From positions 72,759 through 136,758 of the forward strand of contig CAYMRP010000002.1 of assembly GCA_964392925.1 (NCBI GenBank): DNA of 64,000 bases, given 5' to 3'. Below are positions 28,615 through 38,298 of this stretch, one piece after another. The first letter of the stretch is position 1, and every line of letters starts with the position of its first letter. Under the pieces are notes generated by a model, which worked only from the letters and a program-made list of their open reading frames with translations, had not been told where the DNA came from and did not search any database. Source of the DNA: an uncultured Gammaproteobacteria bacterium (GTDB taxonomy: Bacteria > Patescibacteriota > Microgenomatia > Daviesbacterales > UBA10151). A program made the translations under genes and the position numbers.

Positions 28615-29436
28615 ATGCCTAATCCGTTCATCGAAAAATTAAAGTCAAAATGGAATGAAGGCAAGTTCGTTTGCGTTGGTTTGGATACCGATTTTTCTAA
28701 AATTCCCGACAATATTAAACAAAAAACTTCAAACGATAAATTCCCCATCGCTTCGGCCGTATATGAATTCAACAAGTCGATTATCGATTCTACTCATGAT
28801 TTAGTTTGCGCCTATAAAATCAACAGTGCTTTCTACGAAGCTCAAGTCCAAACTTGGGAAGCCATGCAGCATACATTTTTATATATCCAAAAAAATTATC
28901 CTGGAATCCCCGTCATTCTCGATGCCAAACGGGCCGACATCGGTAATACCAATCAAGGCTACGTTAAAATGGCTTTTGAATCACTCAAAGCTGATGCCAT
29001 CACTGTTCATCCATATTTAGGTAAAGAAGCTCTAGGCCCATTTTTATCTCAGGAGGACAAAGGTATTATTGTTTTAGTTAGAACTTCAAATCCCGGATCT
29101 GGTGAGCTTCAAAGCTTAGAGATGAACGGCCGACCTCTTTATCAACTAGTTGCAGAAAACGTTGCAAAAAACTGGAATACTCTTGGAAATTGTGCCGTTG
29201 TAGTCGGCGCAACTTATCCTGAAGAATTAAAAAAGGTCCGACAAATTATTGGCGATATCCCGATTCTAATTCCCGGTATTGGAGCCCAAGGTGGCAATTT
29301 AGAACAAACAGTTAAAAACGGTCTCAATTCCCAAAAACAGGGTATTATAATTACCAGCTCCAGAAGTATAATTTATTCTGATAGCCCAAGACAGTCGACT
29401 ATTGATCTGGACAAAAAAATAAAGGAACTGATATGA
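28615..29436 (+). CDS. pyrF: Orotidine-5'-phosphate decarboxylase
   Basis: ATGCCTAATCCG reads on + (track strand label wrong); DAKRADIGNT, RTSN, VVGAT, PGIGAQGG. Confidence 0.96.
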   Translation: MPNPFIEKLKSKWNEGKFVCVGLDTDFSKIPDNIKQKTSNDKFPIASAVYEFNKSIIDSTHDLVCAYKINSAFYEAQVQTWEAMQHTFLYIQKNYPGIPVILDAKRADIGNTNQGYVKMAFESLKADAITVHPYLGKEALGPFLSQEDKGIIVLVRTSNPGSGELQSLEMNGRPLYQLVAENVAKNWNTLGNCAVVVGATYPEELKKVRQIIGDIPILIPGIGAQGGNLEQTVKNGLNSQKQGIIITSSRSIIYSDSPRQSTIDLDKKIKELI

Positions 29437-30080
29437 GTCGCTCCTCAGATATCGCATCAAAAATCTTACTCAAACTTAAAGCCGTCACTTTAAGTCCAAA
29501 TAAACCCTTTACTTACGCCTCCGGAATAATCTCCCCGGTTTATACAGACTGCCGCGTTTTAATTGGCTATCCTGAGGAGAGAAAACAAATCCGCGATTTA
29601 TATATTGAGGCTATTAAAAATTCAGGAGCAGAATTTGATATTGTAGCCGGAACTGCCACCGCCGGAATTCCTCACGCTGCTTGGATCGCCGAAGAATTAA
29701 ATCTGCCAATGATTTATGTTAGAGGTAAAGCCAAAGATCACGGCAAAGAAAACTTGGTTGAAGGTCCTCTAGAAAAAGGTCAAAAAGTCATAGTCATCGA
29801 AGACTTAGTTTCAACAGGAGAAAGCTCAATTAACAGCGTCAATGCTATTAGAAATCTTGGCGGCGAAGTCTCCCATGTTTTTTCAATCATCACCTACGGC
29901 ATCGGCAAAGGAGAAGAAGCTTTTAAAGAAAACAATCTCGAATTAATCTCATTAACAACATTTGAGCAAGTTGTTGAAGAAGCGAAAAGAATGGACTATA
30001 TAAATGAAGAAGAAACTGAAATAGTTCTCGATTGGGTTCAAGACCCCAAAGGCTGGGCCCAAAGGAGAGGACTGGAATGA
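29433..30080 (+). CDS. pyrE: Orotate phosphoribosyltransferase
   Basis: Reads on +; SG..SPVY.D.R, VIEDLVSTG. Confidence 0.96.
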   Translation: MSRSSDIASKILLKLKAVTLSPNKPFTYASGIISPVYTDCRVLIGYPEERKQIRDLYIEAIKNSGAEFDIVAGTATAGIPHAAWIAEELNLPMIYVRGKAKDHGKENLVEGPLEKGQKVIVIEDLVSTGESSINSVNAIRNLGGEVSHVFSIITYGIGKGEEAFKENNLELISLTTFEQVVEEAKRMDYINEEETEIVLDWVQDPKGWAQRRGLE

Positions 30081-30183
30081 AATTTCTAATTAACCTAATT
30101 GACCTAATTTCTAAAGAAATCCAAATTTCTAAAAGCCATTCGGTATTTTTTAGGTCAATTAGAAATTAGAGTACTTAGAAATT
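30080..30183. repeat. Inverted degenerate 9-mer repeats (AATTTCTAA / TTAGAAATT)
   Basis: Multiple copies in both orientations fill the pyrE-pyrC spacer. Confidence 0.65.
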
Positions 30184-31269
30184 ATGTCTAACATCATTAA
30201 ACTACCTGGATTAATAGACACTCACGTCCATCTCCGTGAACCCGGAAATACTCATAAAGAAGACTTCGAAACAGGCACTAAAGCCGCTATAGCTGGCGGA
30301 TACACCATGGTTATAGATATGCCAAATAACCCAAACCCAATTACTAATCCTCAAGCATTAGAAGAGAAAATCAAGTTAGCAGAAGGCCGAATTTATTCTG
30401 ATTTAGGTTTTCATTTTGGCGGAGCCGAATCTGCAGTTCCTTTTTTTGAAGAAGTAAAAGACAAGGTTTTCGGCTTAAAAGTCTACATGAATCACACAAC
30501 TGGCCCACTCTTAATCGAAGACCCTGGAGAACTCGATTTAATCTTCTCAAGTTGGCCCAAAGAAAAAGTCCTCATGGTTCACGCCGAACAAGAAACCTTA
30601 ACTAAAGCCATAAATCTCGCAAACAAACATGGCAACAAACTTCATGTCTGCCACGTAGCTAGAAAGACTGAACTTGAATTAATTATCAAGGCCAAATCCG
30701 AAGGCACGAATATCACTTGCGAAGTCGCCATGCATCACCTCTGTTTAACTCAAGCCGATGAGCAAAGATTAAAACATTTCGGTAGTATGCGCCCACCCCT
30801 CGCTTCCCCAGAAGACCAACAATTTCTTTGGGATAATATCGACTCAATAGACATAATCGCCTCAGATCACGCCCCTCACACCAAAGAAGAAAAAGAAGGA
30901 GAAACAGTAGTTAACGGCGTACCAGGCTTAGAAACCAGCCTACCCTTATTATTGCAAGCCGTGAACGATGAACGAATAACCATGAACAAATTAATCGAAT
31001 TAACTAGTACCAACCCAAGAAAAATCTTCAACATTCCTGAGCAACTCGACACATATGTTGAAGTCGACATGGATGAAGAATGGACAATAAAAAACGAAGA
31101 CCTCTACACCAAAGCCGGCTGGACACCATTCGCTGGAATGAAAATCAAAGGCCAAATCAAAAAAACAGTCCTAAGAGGTCGAACAGTTTTTGAAAATGGA
31201 AAAATACTAGAACTTCCAAAGGGAGAAGTTTGTTACCCACAACTAAACCCTTTACCAAGTACTTCTTAA
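30184..31269 (+). CDS. pyrC: Dihydroorotase
   Basis: Reads on +; DTHVHLREPG, DMPN, ASDHAPH. Confidence 0.95.
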   Translation: MSNIIKLPGLIDTHVHLREPGNTHKEDFETGTKAAIAGGYTMVIDMPNNPNPITNPQALEEKIKLAEGRIYSDLGFHFGGAESAVPFFEEVKDKVFGLKVYMNHTTGPLLIEDPGELDLIFSSWPKEKVLMVHAEQETLTKAINLANKHGNKLHVCHVARKTELELIIKAKSEGTNITCEVAMHHLCLTQADEQRLKHFGSMRPPLASPEDQQFLWDNIDSIDIIASDHAPHTKEEKEGETVVNGVPGLETSLPLLLQAVNDERITMNKLIELTSTNPRKIFNIPEQLDTYVEVDMDEEWTIKNEDLYTKAGWTPFAGMKIKGQIKKTVLRGRTVFENGKILELPKGEVCYPQLNPLPSTS

Positions 31270-31890
31270 AGAATCAAAGTTCGGACCTATTACAACTAAA
31301 CCTCCAGCTTTTGCGACATCTGCAAAAGGTTTTCTTCCAAATGACCAGCGCGGAGCGGGAATTTCTGGTACCAATCCTGCCACCTCTGCAACCACCCTTG
31401 CGTCCATAGGCTGTTGTTCAAACGTGTAGTCAAAAGGTAAGTAGTGTTCTCGCGCTAACTCTGCAGCTGTATATTTTTTTACACCATAAGTCATTGGTGT
31501 TTCTTGAGGAAATAGATATAAATTTACATCTAACAGAATTTCTCGCTCTGGAAGATGTACCCTTAAATCCTTGATCATCCTTTGCATTGGTGTGCTAGCT
31601 GGTTCTTGATCAATAACTTGTAAATCAATATAACTTGTTCCAACATGCATCATTGTAATAGCAATGTCACGGTTAGGATATACATTGCCCACGAACTCGT
31701 TCAACCGGGGTACCTGTACTCTCGTTAGACTCTCTCTGCCAAACAAAACCATGAGTTCTTGATGAGGTGACGGAACTGTTATGGGGACAACTGCTGCCTC
31801 CCGAGAAAGCCTCTTCATTCTCTCATTTAATAGTCTTCTAGCTGATTCTGCTTCTTGAAAACCAGGAGTACGCCCTAAATCTCTATGCAT
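31252..31890 (-). CDS. Hypothetical protein
   Basis: 212-aa ORF with TTGACT...TATGAT upstream. Confidence 0.65.
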   Translation of the reverse strand: MHRDLGRTPGFQEAESARRLLNERMKRLSREAAVVPITVPSPHQELMVLFGRESLTRVQVPRLNEFVGNVYPNRDIAITMMHVGTSYIDLQVIDQEPASTPMQRMIKDLRVHLPEREILLDVNLYLFPQETPMTYGVKKYTAAELAREHYLPFDYTFEQQPMDARVVAEVAGLVPEIPAPRWSFGRKPFADVAKAGGLVVIGPNFDSLRSTW

Positions 31891-31927
31891 AGGCGTGGAT
31901 CATAGAATAAAAACATCTTATAGTCAA

Positions 31928-32998
31928 CTATAAGTTTAAACTCTTTATTTCCTCAGCTAATTTCGGATTCCACATTGCTCCGGTTGCACTCATTACCACA
32001 TCAGCCCCTGCATCTCTAAATTCTTTATAGTCGGAAGCGTTAGTAACTCCCCCAACTCCTGTAATTGAAAACTTTAACCCTTTTTCATCTCTAATCCTTT
32101 TCATCCTTTTAACAAAATCCAAACCTGCCCATTTTATACAATGCCCGCAAATCCCGGATCTCAATCTATTAGGCCCCGGCAAAGCCTGTTCGCCATTCTC
32201 ATCTCGAACCTCAGCCTGCAAAGTATTAATTCCAGCAACATCATCAGCATACTTATCAACAATCTCCGCCAACTTAACCATATCTGCATCTGACTTGTAG
32301 TATCCTACCTTCAAAATAAGCGGCGTGTTCCCAATAACTTCCCGGATTCCTTTAGCAATTTTTTCTGTAATCTCTAGGTTGTAGCAAACAAGCCCCTCAT
32401 TCCCAATATTTGGACAAGATAAATTCGCTTCCAAAACCGGAGCTCCAGTTTCATATGCGAGCTTCGCCGCCAAAACATAATCTGCAATAAATTCTTCCTG
32501 TGTTTGATCAGGCTTCACAGTTCCCATAAAAGACAAAACTAAAACCTGTCCTTTTCCTGCATAACTTAATGCTTTTTTAACATCCTCCTGCCAAACCTCA
32601 GGTTTTCTTGAAGGCACTCCAAATGAATTAGTAATAGAAATCGGATCCTGGTAATCAGTATTTGCAGTGAGAGGTTTTTCCAGCCTCTCGAGTGTTAAAT
32701 CCCCTTTAACATCCAAAGATAAAACATTAGGGAACGGGTGACATGGAAAATAATCAGACCTGACAGTTTTATAAACCACAATATCAAAACCCTCCTTAAA
32801 AGCCCCTTTAACATATTTTGAATTTAAAATTGGCCCCGCCGGAATTCCAAAAGGCAAATTAACTTTATAGCCTAGAAAATCGTAAGATGGTTCAGAAGAA
32901 TCTACAAATCTTTCAGAAGAAGCAAAATCACTAAACGGCCCTTTTTCATAATTATCCTCATAACTTAATGTCGGATCATAAAAAGGAGTCTTAAGCAT
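31928..32998 (-). CDS. pyrD: Dihydroorotate dehydrogenase family protein
   Basis: KT, NSFG, NLSCPN, INT, GVGG, S.TG FMN-barrel motifs; next to pyrFEC. Confidence 0.8.
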   Translation of the reverse strand: MLKTPFYDPTLSYEDNYEKGPFSDFASSERFVDSSEPSYDFLGYKVNLPFGIPAGPILNSKYVKGAFKEGFDIVVYKTVRSDYFPCHPFPNVLSLDVKGDLTLERLEKPLTANTDYQDPISITNSFGVPSRKPEVWQEDVKKALSYAGKGQVLVLSFMGTVKPDQTQEEFIADYVLAAKLAYETGAPVLEANLSCPNIGNEGLVCYNLEITEKIAKGIREVIGNTPLILKVGYYKSDADMVKLAEIVDKYADDVAGINTLQAEVRDENGEQALPGPNRLRSGICGHCIKWAGLDFVKRMKRIRDEKGLKFSITGVGGVTNASDYKEFRDAGADVVMSATGAMWNPKLAEEIKSLNL

Positions 32999-33074
32999 TG
33001 TCGGTATAATACCAAAATCAACGAATCTTCACAATTCAGTCAACTTACTATATATTTTAAATAGTAAACTCCTA

Positions 33075-33106
33075 CTCATTTACTACCCGATCGGAGAGTA
33101 AATGAA
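33075..33106. repeat. 32-bp palindrome downstream of PaaX/Cas2-like gene
   Basis: CTCATTTACTACC-CGATCG-GAGAGTAAATGAA. Confidence 0.8.
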
Positions 33107-33115
33107 ACGAATTAC

Positions 33116-33616
33116 TTAAAACCCTGGATCGCTCGATTCAATCACCAATACCCATTTTGAAATTCCCAATTCCTCAATGAACTTACGCATAACCAAAGTA
33201 CAATTTTTCTTTGTCGCCCAAACGCTTCGCTGGATTTTAACGAATCCCCACTCTTTTAATTTAAATCTTAATAAATCCCTCGCAATTCTTTGATCTTCTG
33301 GAATATCAAATATAATAATCCTCCAAATCCCGTCCCAAACTCCTATATCATCAAGCTGCAGCTTCGATCTAAAGACCTGATCTAGCCCCGAATCAGTCAA
33401 CTTAAAAACCACTTTTCCGACATCAACATACTCAACATAACCTCTTTCCTTCAATCTTTTTATTGCTTGTAGAATTAAAGGCTTGTTAATTTTTCTGGGA
33501 TATCCATATAAATACTTATGTGGATTATAAATAAAATCCTCTGCTCGGACATACCCTTCTAAAGACTTCTCCAAAGCAATTAGTATGAATTTAGCCAATC
33601 CTTTACTTGCTCTCAT
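33116..33616 (-). CDS. PaaX-like protein (wHTH plus Cas2/VapD-like domain)
   Basis: RLKERGYV..LT..G wHTH; WDGIWRIIIFDIPE...R..L...GF..IQRSVW. Confidence 0.85.
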   Translation of the reverse strand: MRASKGLAKFILIALEKSLEGYVRAEDFIYNPHKYLYGYPRKINKPLILQAIKRLKERGYVEYVDVGKVVFKLTDSGLDQVFRSKLQLDDIGVWDGIWRIIIFDIPEDQRIARDLLRFKLKEWGFVKIQRSVWATKKNCTLVMRKFIEELGISKWVLVIESSDPGF

Positions 33617-33618
33617 AT

Positions 33619-33650
33619 TTCATTAATATCACGATCGCAAAGTTAATGAA
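33619..33650. repeat. 32-bp palindrome upstream of PaaX/Cas2-like gene
   Basis: TTCATTAATATCA-CGATCG-CAAAGTTAATGAA. Confidence 0.8.
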
Positions 33651-33746
33651 ACATTCAATATTTTCCTCAGGCACGATTTGATATTAAATAACTAACGCAT
33701 CTTGTAACTTATTTTTTTTGATGTAGAATAAATGTTACTGCTATTT

Positions 33747-34766
33747 ATGGCAAAAACAATGCTGGCTGTAGTCAAAGACAAACCCGCCCCTGGAGTAACT
33801 TTAAAGCAAGTCCCTATTCCGAAGCCTAAAAAAGACGAGGTCTTAATTAAAGTCCTCGGCGCATCAATCTGTGGAACTGATATTGGAATCTATGATTGGA
33901 TTCCTTGGGCAGAAGGCCATATTAAACCTCCCACAATCATCGGCCACGAAGTCGTCGGCGAAATAATCGAAATTAACACCAAAGAAAAAACCCATCTAAA
34001 AATAGGTGACTTAGTATCTTCTGAAACCCATATTTTTTGCTTAAACTGCTACCAATGTAAGATTAAAAACTATCACGTCTGTGAAAATATGGACCTTTTT
34101 GGGATAGGCAGAAACGGCGGATTTGCAGAGTACGCAACCATCCCTATTAGAACCACTTGGAAAAACAATCCTAAAATTCCTATTGAGGCTATGAGCGTCC
34201 AAGAACCTTTAGGAAATGCGGTCAATGTCGCCACCAAAGCTGGTGTTAAAGGAAAGAAAGTTTTAGTCATGGGTCTGGGACCAGCCGGACTTTGTGCCGG
34301 AGCTGCTGCTTGGGCTTTGGGAGCCAAAGAAGTAGTGGGAGTCAATGATGAGCCTTATCGCCGGAAACTAGCTGAAGAATCTGGGTGGTTCACCCGGATA
34401 ATTTCAAAAGTCCCCAAAAAAGAATATGGCACCTACGACGCTGTTCTGGAAATGAGCGGTAATCGCTTAGGAATTCAAATCGCTTTTGACGCAGTCAGAA
34501 TCGCTGGAAAAATTATTGCATTCGGAATCCCTAAAGAAGAAGTTACTTTAGATTGGGGGAAATATATGATTAATAAAGAGCTTTCCATTGAATCAGTTTT
34601 CGGCCGCCAAATTTGGGATACTTGGGAAAAAACTGATGAACTGTTAAGTTCCGGTAAAATTGACTTGAGGAAAACTATCACTCACACCTTCCCACTTTCT
34701 GAATTCGAGAAAGCCATGCAAATTATGAAAAGTCGAAAATGCGGTAAAATAGTTTTAAAACCATAA
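33747..34766 (+). CDS. tdh: L-threonine 3-dehydrogenase
   Basis: ICGTD, GHE, CxxCxxC, G.GP.G; coupled to kbl. Confidence 0.9.
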   Translation: MAKTMLAVVKDKPAPGVTLKQVPIPKPKKDEVLIKVLGASICGTDIGIYDWIPWAEGHIKPPTIIGHEVVGEIIEINTKEKTHLKIGDLVSSETHIFCLNCYQCKIKNYHVCENMDLFGIGRNGGFAEYATIPIRTTWKNNPKIPIEAMSVQEPLGNAVNVATKAGVKGKKVLVMGLGPAGLCAGAAAWALGAKEVVGVNDEPYRRKLAEESGWFTRIISKVPKKEYGTYDAVLEMSGNRLGIQIAFDAVRIAGKIIAFGIPKEEVTLDWGKYMINKELSIESVFGRQIWDTWEKTDELLSSGKIDLRKTITHTFPLSEFEKAMQIMKSRKCGKIVLKP

Positions 34767-35968
34767 TGGATATTTACACCAAAGCAATTGATGAATTAAA
34801 AGAAAAAGGTCTCTATAACGACATCAAAATTATTGAGTCCGGTCAGGGCCCCTATCTAACTGTCAAAGGCGAAAAAAAACTTAATCTCTGTTCCAATAAT
34901 TATTTGGGACTCGCGAATAATCCTGATGTTAAAAATGCCGCAATTAAAGCAATTGAAAATTATGGTGTTGGAACCTCCTCTGTCAGAGCTTTATCCGGCA
35001 CCAATATTCTCCATATTAAACTGGAAGAGGCCTTAGCAAAATTTAAACACGCCGAAGCTGGTCTCGTGTTGCAAGGCGGTTACATGGCTAACCTCGCCGC
35101 GATTCAAACTCTTCTTGGAAAAGAAGATATCGTTATTTCTGATGAACTTAATCACGCATCAATAATAGATGCCATCAGATTAAGCGGGGTCAAAAATAAA
35201 TTTATCTATAAACACGCCGATCTTGAAAGTTTAAAAGAAAAATTAATAGAAGCCGCGGATTTAGCTAAGACCCCTAAATCAGATGGCCAACTGCCAATTA
35301 TGCTGATTGTTACTGATGGCGTTTTTTCCATGGACGGAGATCTCGCTCCACTTCCAGGTATTGTTAAACTCGCCAAAGAGTATGGAGCGTTAACCATGGT
35401 TGATGACGCACACGGTGAAGGTGTTTTAGGTGATCACGGCCGGGGAACAATCAATCACTTCAAGTTAGATGGCGAAATCGATCTTGATGTCGGCACTCTT
35501 TCAAAAGCTTTCGGTGTTATTGGAGGAATTATCACCGGCAAAAAAGACATTATCGAATATATCCGTCAAAGAGGCAGACAGTTTTTATTCTCCAACGGAT
35601 TATCCATTCCAGACACCGCAGCTTTACTCGAGGCCGTAAACATTCTGGAAAATTCTGATGAGCAGGTCAAAAAACTTTGGGATAATGCTAAACAACTAAA
35701 ACAGGGCTTACTTGAATTAGGCTTCGACTGCGGTAAAAGTGAAACTCCAATTACTCCAGTTATGATAGGCGATGAAAACAAAGCTAAAGAATTTTCTGCC
35801 AAACTTTTTGAAAAAGGAGTTTATGCAACAGCTATCAAATTCCCTATGGTCGCATTAGGCAAAGCCAGAATCCGCGCCATTCCCTCTGCAACTCATTCCA
35901 AAGAAGACATCGATCTTGCAATAAAAACCTTCGTAGAAGTCGGCCAAGAACTCCAAATAATCCACTGA
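34766..35968 (+). CDS. kbl: Glycine C-acetyltransferase (2-amino-3-ketobutyrate CoA ligase)
   Basis: SNNYLGL, NHASIID, DGVFSMDG, DDAHG, GTLSKA. Confidence 0.9.
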   Translation: MDIYTKAIDELKEKGLYNDIKIIESGQGPYLTVKGEKKLNLCSNNYLGLANNPDVKNAAIKAIENYGVGTSSVRALSGTNILHIKLEEALAKFKHAEAGLVLQGGYMANLAAIQTLLGKEDIVISDELNHASIIDAIRLSGVKNKFIYKHADLESLKEKLIEAADLAKTPKSDGQLPIMLIVTDGVFSMDGDLAPLPGIVKLAKEYGALTMVDDAHGEGVLGDHGRGTINHFKLDGEIDLDVGTLSKAFGVIGGIITGKKDIIEYIRQRGRQFLFSNGLSIPDTAALLEAVNILENSDEQVKKLWDNAKQLKQGLLELGFDCGKSETPITPVMIGDENKAKEFSAKLFEKGVYATAIKFPMVALGKARIRAIPSATHSKEDIDLAIKTFVEVGQELQIIH

Positions 35969-35974
35969 CCTAAC

Positions 35975-37021
35975 CTATCTTAATCCACCTGTCACTTTAA
36001 CCTTAGCCAAAAGATCAAGATCATCAAGTAATTTATAGCACCCGCGAACCACAGTCGTTAATGGATCATCAGCTACCCACACCGGAATTTTTGTTTCCTC
36101 AGAAATCCTTTTATCAAGTCCGCGAATTAACGAACCCCCTCCAGTAATAACAATTCCTCTTTCCAATATATCCGACAAAAGCTCAGGGGGTGTCTCTTCT
36201 AAAACCTCATGTATCGCATTAATAATTTGAGCAATTGTTTCAGATAAAGCTTCCCTTATCTCAATCGATGTCACCTTAATTGATTTTGGTAAGCCTGACG
36301 ATAATTCCCTTCCCCTAACTACTGCCTCACGTTCTTTAATCAAAGATACTGCTGAACCAAGTTCAATTTTTACATCCTCTGCAGTTCTTTCTCCAATCAG
36401 CATCCCGTATCTCATTCTCATATAAGAGATAATATCTGCATCTAACTCGTCTCCAGCAATCCTTAAACTTCGGTTCAACACCATTCCACCTAAAGAAATA
36501 ACTGCAATTTCAGTTGTCCCACCGCCAATATCAACAACCATATTTCCCTCCGGCTCTTCAATTCTCATATTAGCTCCAATTGCATCTGCCATTGGCTCCT
36601 CAATCAAATAAGCTTCCCTTGCTCCAGCTGACATTGCCGCATCCTGGACTGCTCTTCTCTCAACTTCTGTTACTCCGGAAGGAATACCAATAACAACCCT
36701 CGGCCGTGGAATTTTAGGAAAACGGCTTGGAGTTTGATGAACTTTTTGAATGAAATGTCTCAACATTGCCTCTGTTGTATCAAAGTCCGAAATAACGCCG
36801 TCCTTTAATGGCCTGATTGCCTCAATTACTTGTGGCGTTCTACCTATCATTCTTTTGGCTTCTGTCCCAATTGCCAAAACCTGTTTTGTTTTTTTATGAA
36901 TCGCCACAACAGAAGGCTCGCGAATAACAATTCCTTTTCCGCGCACCGCGACTAAAGTGTTTACCGTGCCTAAATCGATACCAATATCATGTGAAATTAA
37001 CTGCCAAAACTTGGAGAACAT
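35975..37021 (-). CDS. mreB: Rod shape-determining protein MreB
   Basis: GIDLGT, EPSVVA, VDIGGGTTE, TGGG. Confidence 0.97.
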   Translation of the reverse strand: MFSKFWQLISHDIGIDLGTVNTLVAVRGKGIVIREPSVVAIHKKTKQVLAIGTEAKRMIGRTPQVIEAIRPLKDGVISDFDTTEAMLRHFIQKVHQTPSRFPKIPRPRVVIGIPSGVTEVERRAVQDAAMSAGAREAYLIEEPMADAIGANMRIEEPEGNMVVDIGGGTTEIAVISLGGMVLNRSLRIAGDELDADIISYMRMRYGMLIGERTAEDVKIELGSAVSLIKEREAVVRGRELSSGLPKSIKVTSIEIREALSETIAQIINAIHEVLEETPPELLSDILERGIVITGGGSLIRGLDKRISEETKIPVWVADDPLTTVVRGCYKLLDDLDLLAKVKVTGGLR

Positions 37022-37050
37022 AACGGGAGTCAGTTTAGCATAAGGCACGC

Positions 37051-38298
37051 TTACTGGGAACAGGTAAAGGGCGTATCTTTATGAAGTTTAATCATTCCTC
37101 CCCAATCAACTAATGTAAAACCCTCTCTTTTTGGAGTATTAATTAAAGGTTCTTCAACAACAATCGGCTCATCTAGCATTTGAAAATATAAACTAAATCT
37201 GATTGATGTATCCGGGTTAGGTGTAACATCTAGTCTTTCAAGGTAGTCTCTTTGTTCTTTTTCAATCAGACCTACAAAGTAATAAGCAGACTCAGGAAGT
37301 TTTTCCAACCAATAGTCTTTAAAATCTTTTTCTTCTTTTTTGTTAAGCCCGAGTTTTGGTAAAATTTCATCAAATAGATTTTGCATTTCAGATTGTTTAA
37401 TCACCCAACCTCGTGATGGCTTCTTAATTTCATTATCTAGTAATCTTGATTCATAATATAAATAACCACTCGAGATTGAACTGCTGTCCAACAAAGACAG
37501 CCCTCCGCGGGGATCTGCCCAAACTGTCCAGCCTGTTTCTTTATTATATGGTGGATCTGTATAGGATAATTCTCCTTTTGGAAATACTTTTACGTTAACT
37601 AGTTGTCTTCTTTTAGGATATAAATAGACTGCAGGTTTGCATTCCGGAGTCCACCAGGCCTTTGGCAATAGCTTCGACTGTTTAAGAATAAACCATTCAA
37701 GTTGTAATTGATCCCTATTCTCACTCGCATTTTGAGCGGGAACAATAACTTTTGGATTTATGATTGCAGTAGCCCCAACATCTATACATTTAAGAATATT
37801 TTGCGCATTCTGAATTGCAGGCTTACTTACATCCTGATAAATATCTATTAACGGATAACCTAATTTTTGTATTTCAACCAAGTCAGGATTATTCGAATCA
37901 TCTAGATGCTGAAGGTAAATTAACCCAAAGTCGCTAAAAGTAATATCCGTTACTCCATCGTCAGTATTAAAGTCGTAGCTGCGCCCCGCCCCTTCCTGTG
38001 GATTCAAGATTCTAAAGTTTCCACCATCAACCACAATATCACCCTTCTGCCCTACATGATGACCTCCCTGGAATCCACCTGGATTAACTGGGACATTCTG
38101 TTTTACTAATTTATATGTTACTCCTTCATATTCAAAAGTTGGGGGGTTAGGATCATTTATAAATTCTCTACAATATTGAGAGCCCCCTTCGCCTGAGGAT
38201 TTCATTGTCGGAAACTTCAGCGGGAATATCATAATTCCAATTAAAATAGCAAAGACAATTAAAACTATTTGAATTGTGTAGCCTTTTTGGTTAATCAT
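37051..38298 (-). CDS. Exported protein with C-terminal KPAVYLYP domain (paralog B)
   Basis: QKGY plus hydrophobic N-terminus; C-terminal ~200 aa very similar to neighbour. Confidence 0.85.
   Translation of the reverse strand: MINQKGYTIQIVLIVFAILIGIMIFPLKFPTMKSSGEGGSQYCREFINDPNPPTFEYEGVTYKLVKQNVPVNPGGFQGGHHVGQKGDIVVDGGNFRILNPQEGAGRSYDFNTDDGVTDITFSDFGLIYLQHLDDSNNPDLVEIQKLGYPLIDIYQDVSKPAIQNAQNILKCIDVGATAIINPKVIVPAQNASENRDQLQLEWFILKQSKLLPKAWWTPECKPAVYLYPKRRQLVNVKVFPKGELSYTDPPYNKETGWTVWADPRGGLSLLDSSSISSGYLYYESRLLDNEIKKPSRGWVIKQSEMQNLFDEILPKLGLNKKEEKDFKDYWLEKLPESAYYFVGLIEKEQRDYLERLDVTPNPDTSIRFSLYFQMLDEPIVVEEPLINTPKREGFTLVDWGGMIKLHKDTPFTCSQ

Noticed and set aside
28615-31269. Track labels pyrF, pyrE and pyrC as minus strand
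   Set aside because: The listed proteins translate directly from the + strand (ATGCCTAATCCG at 28615, ATGAGTCGC at 29433, ATGTCTAAC at 30184)
33116-33616. CRISPR-Cas locus (Cas2)
   Set aside because: wHTH-fused PaaX-like protein with no cas1 or array
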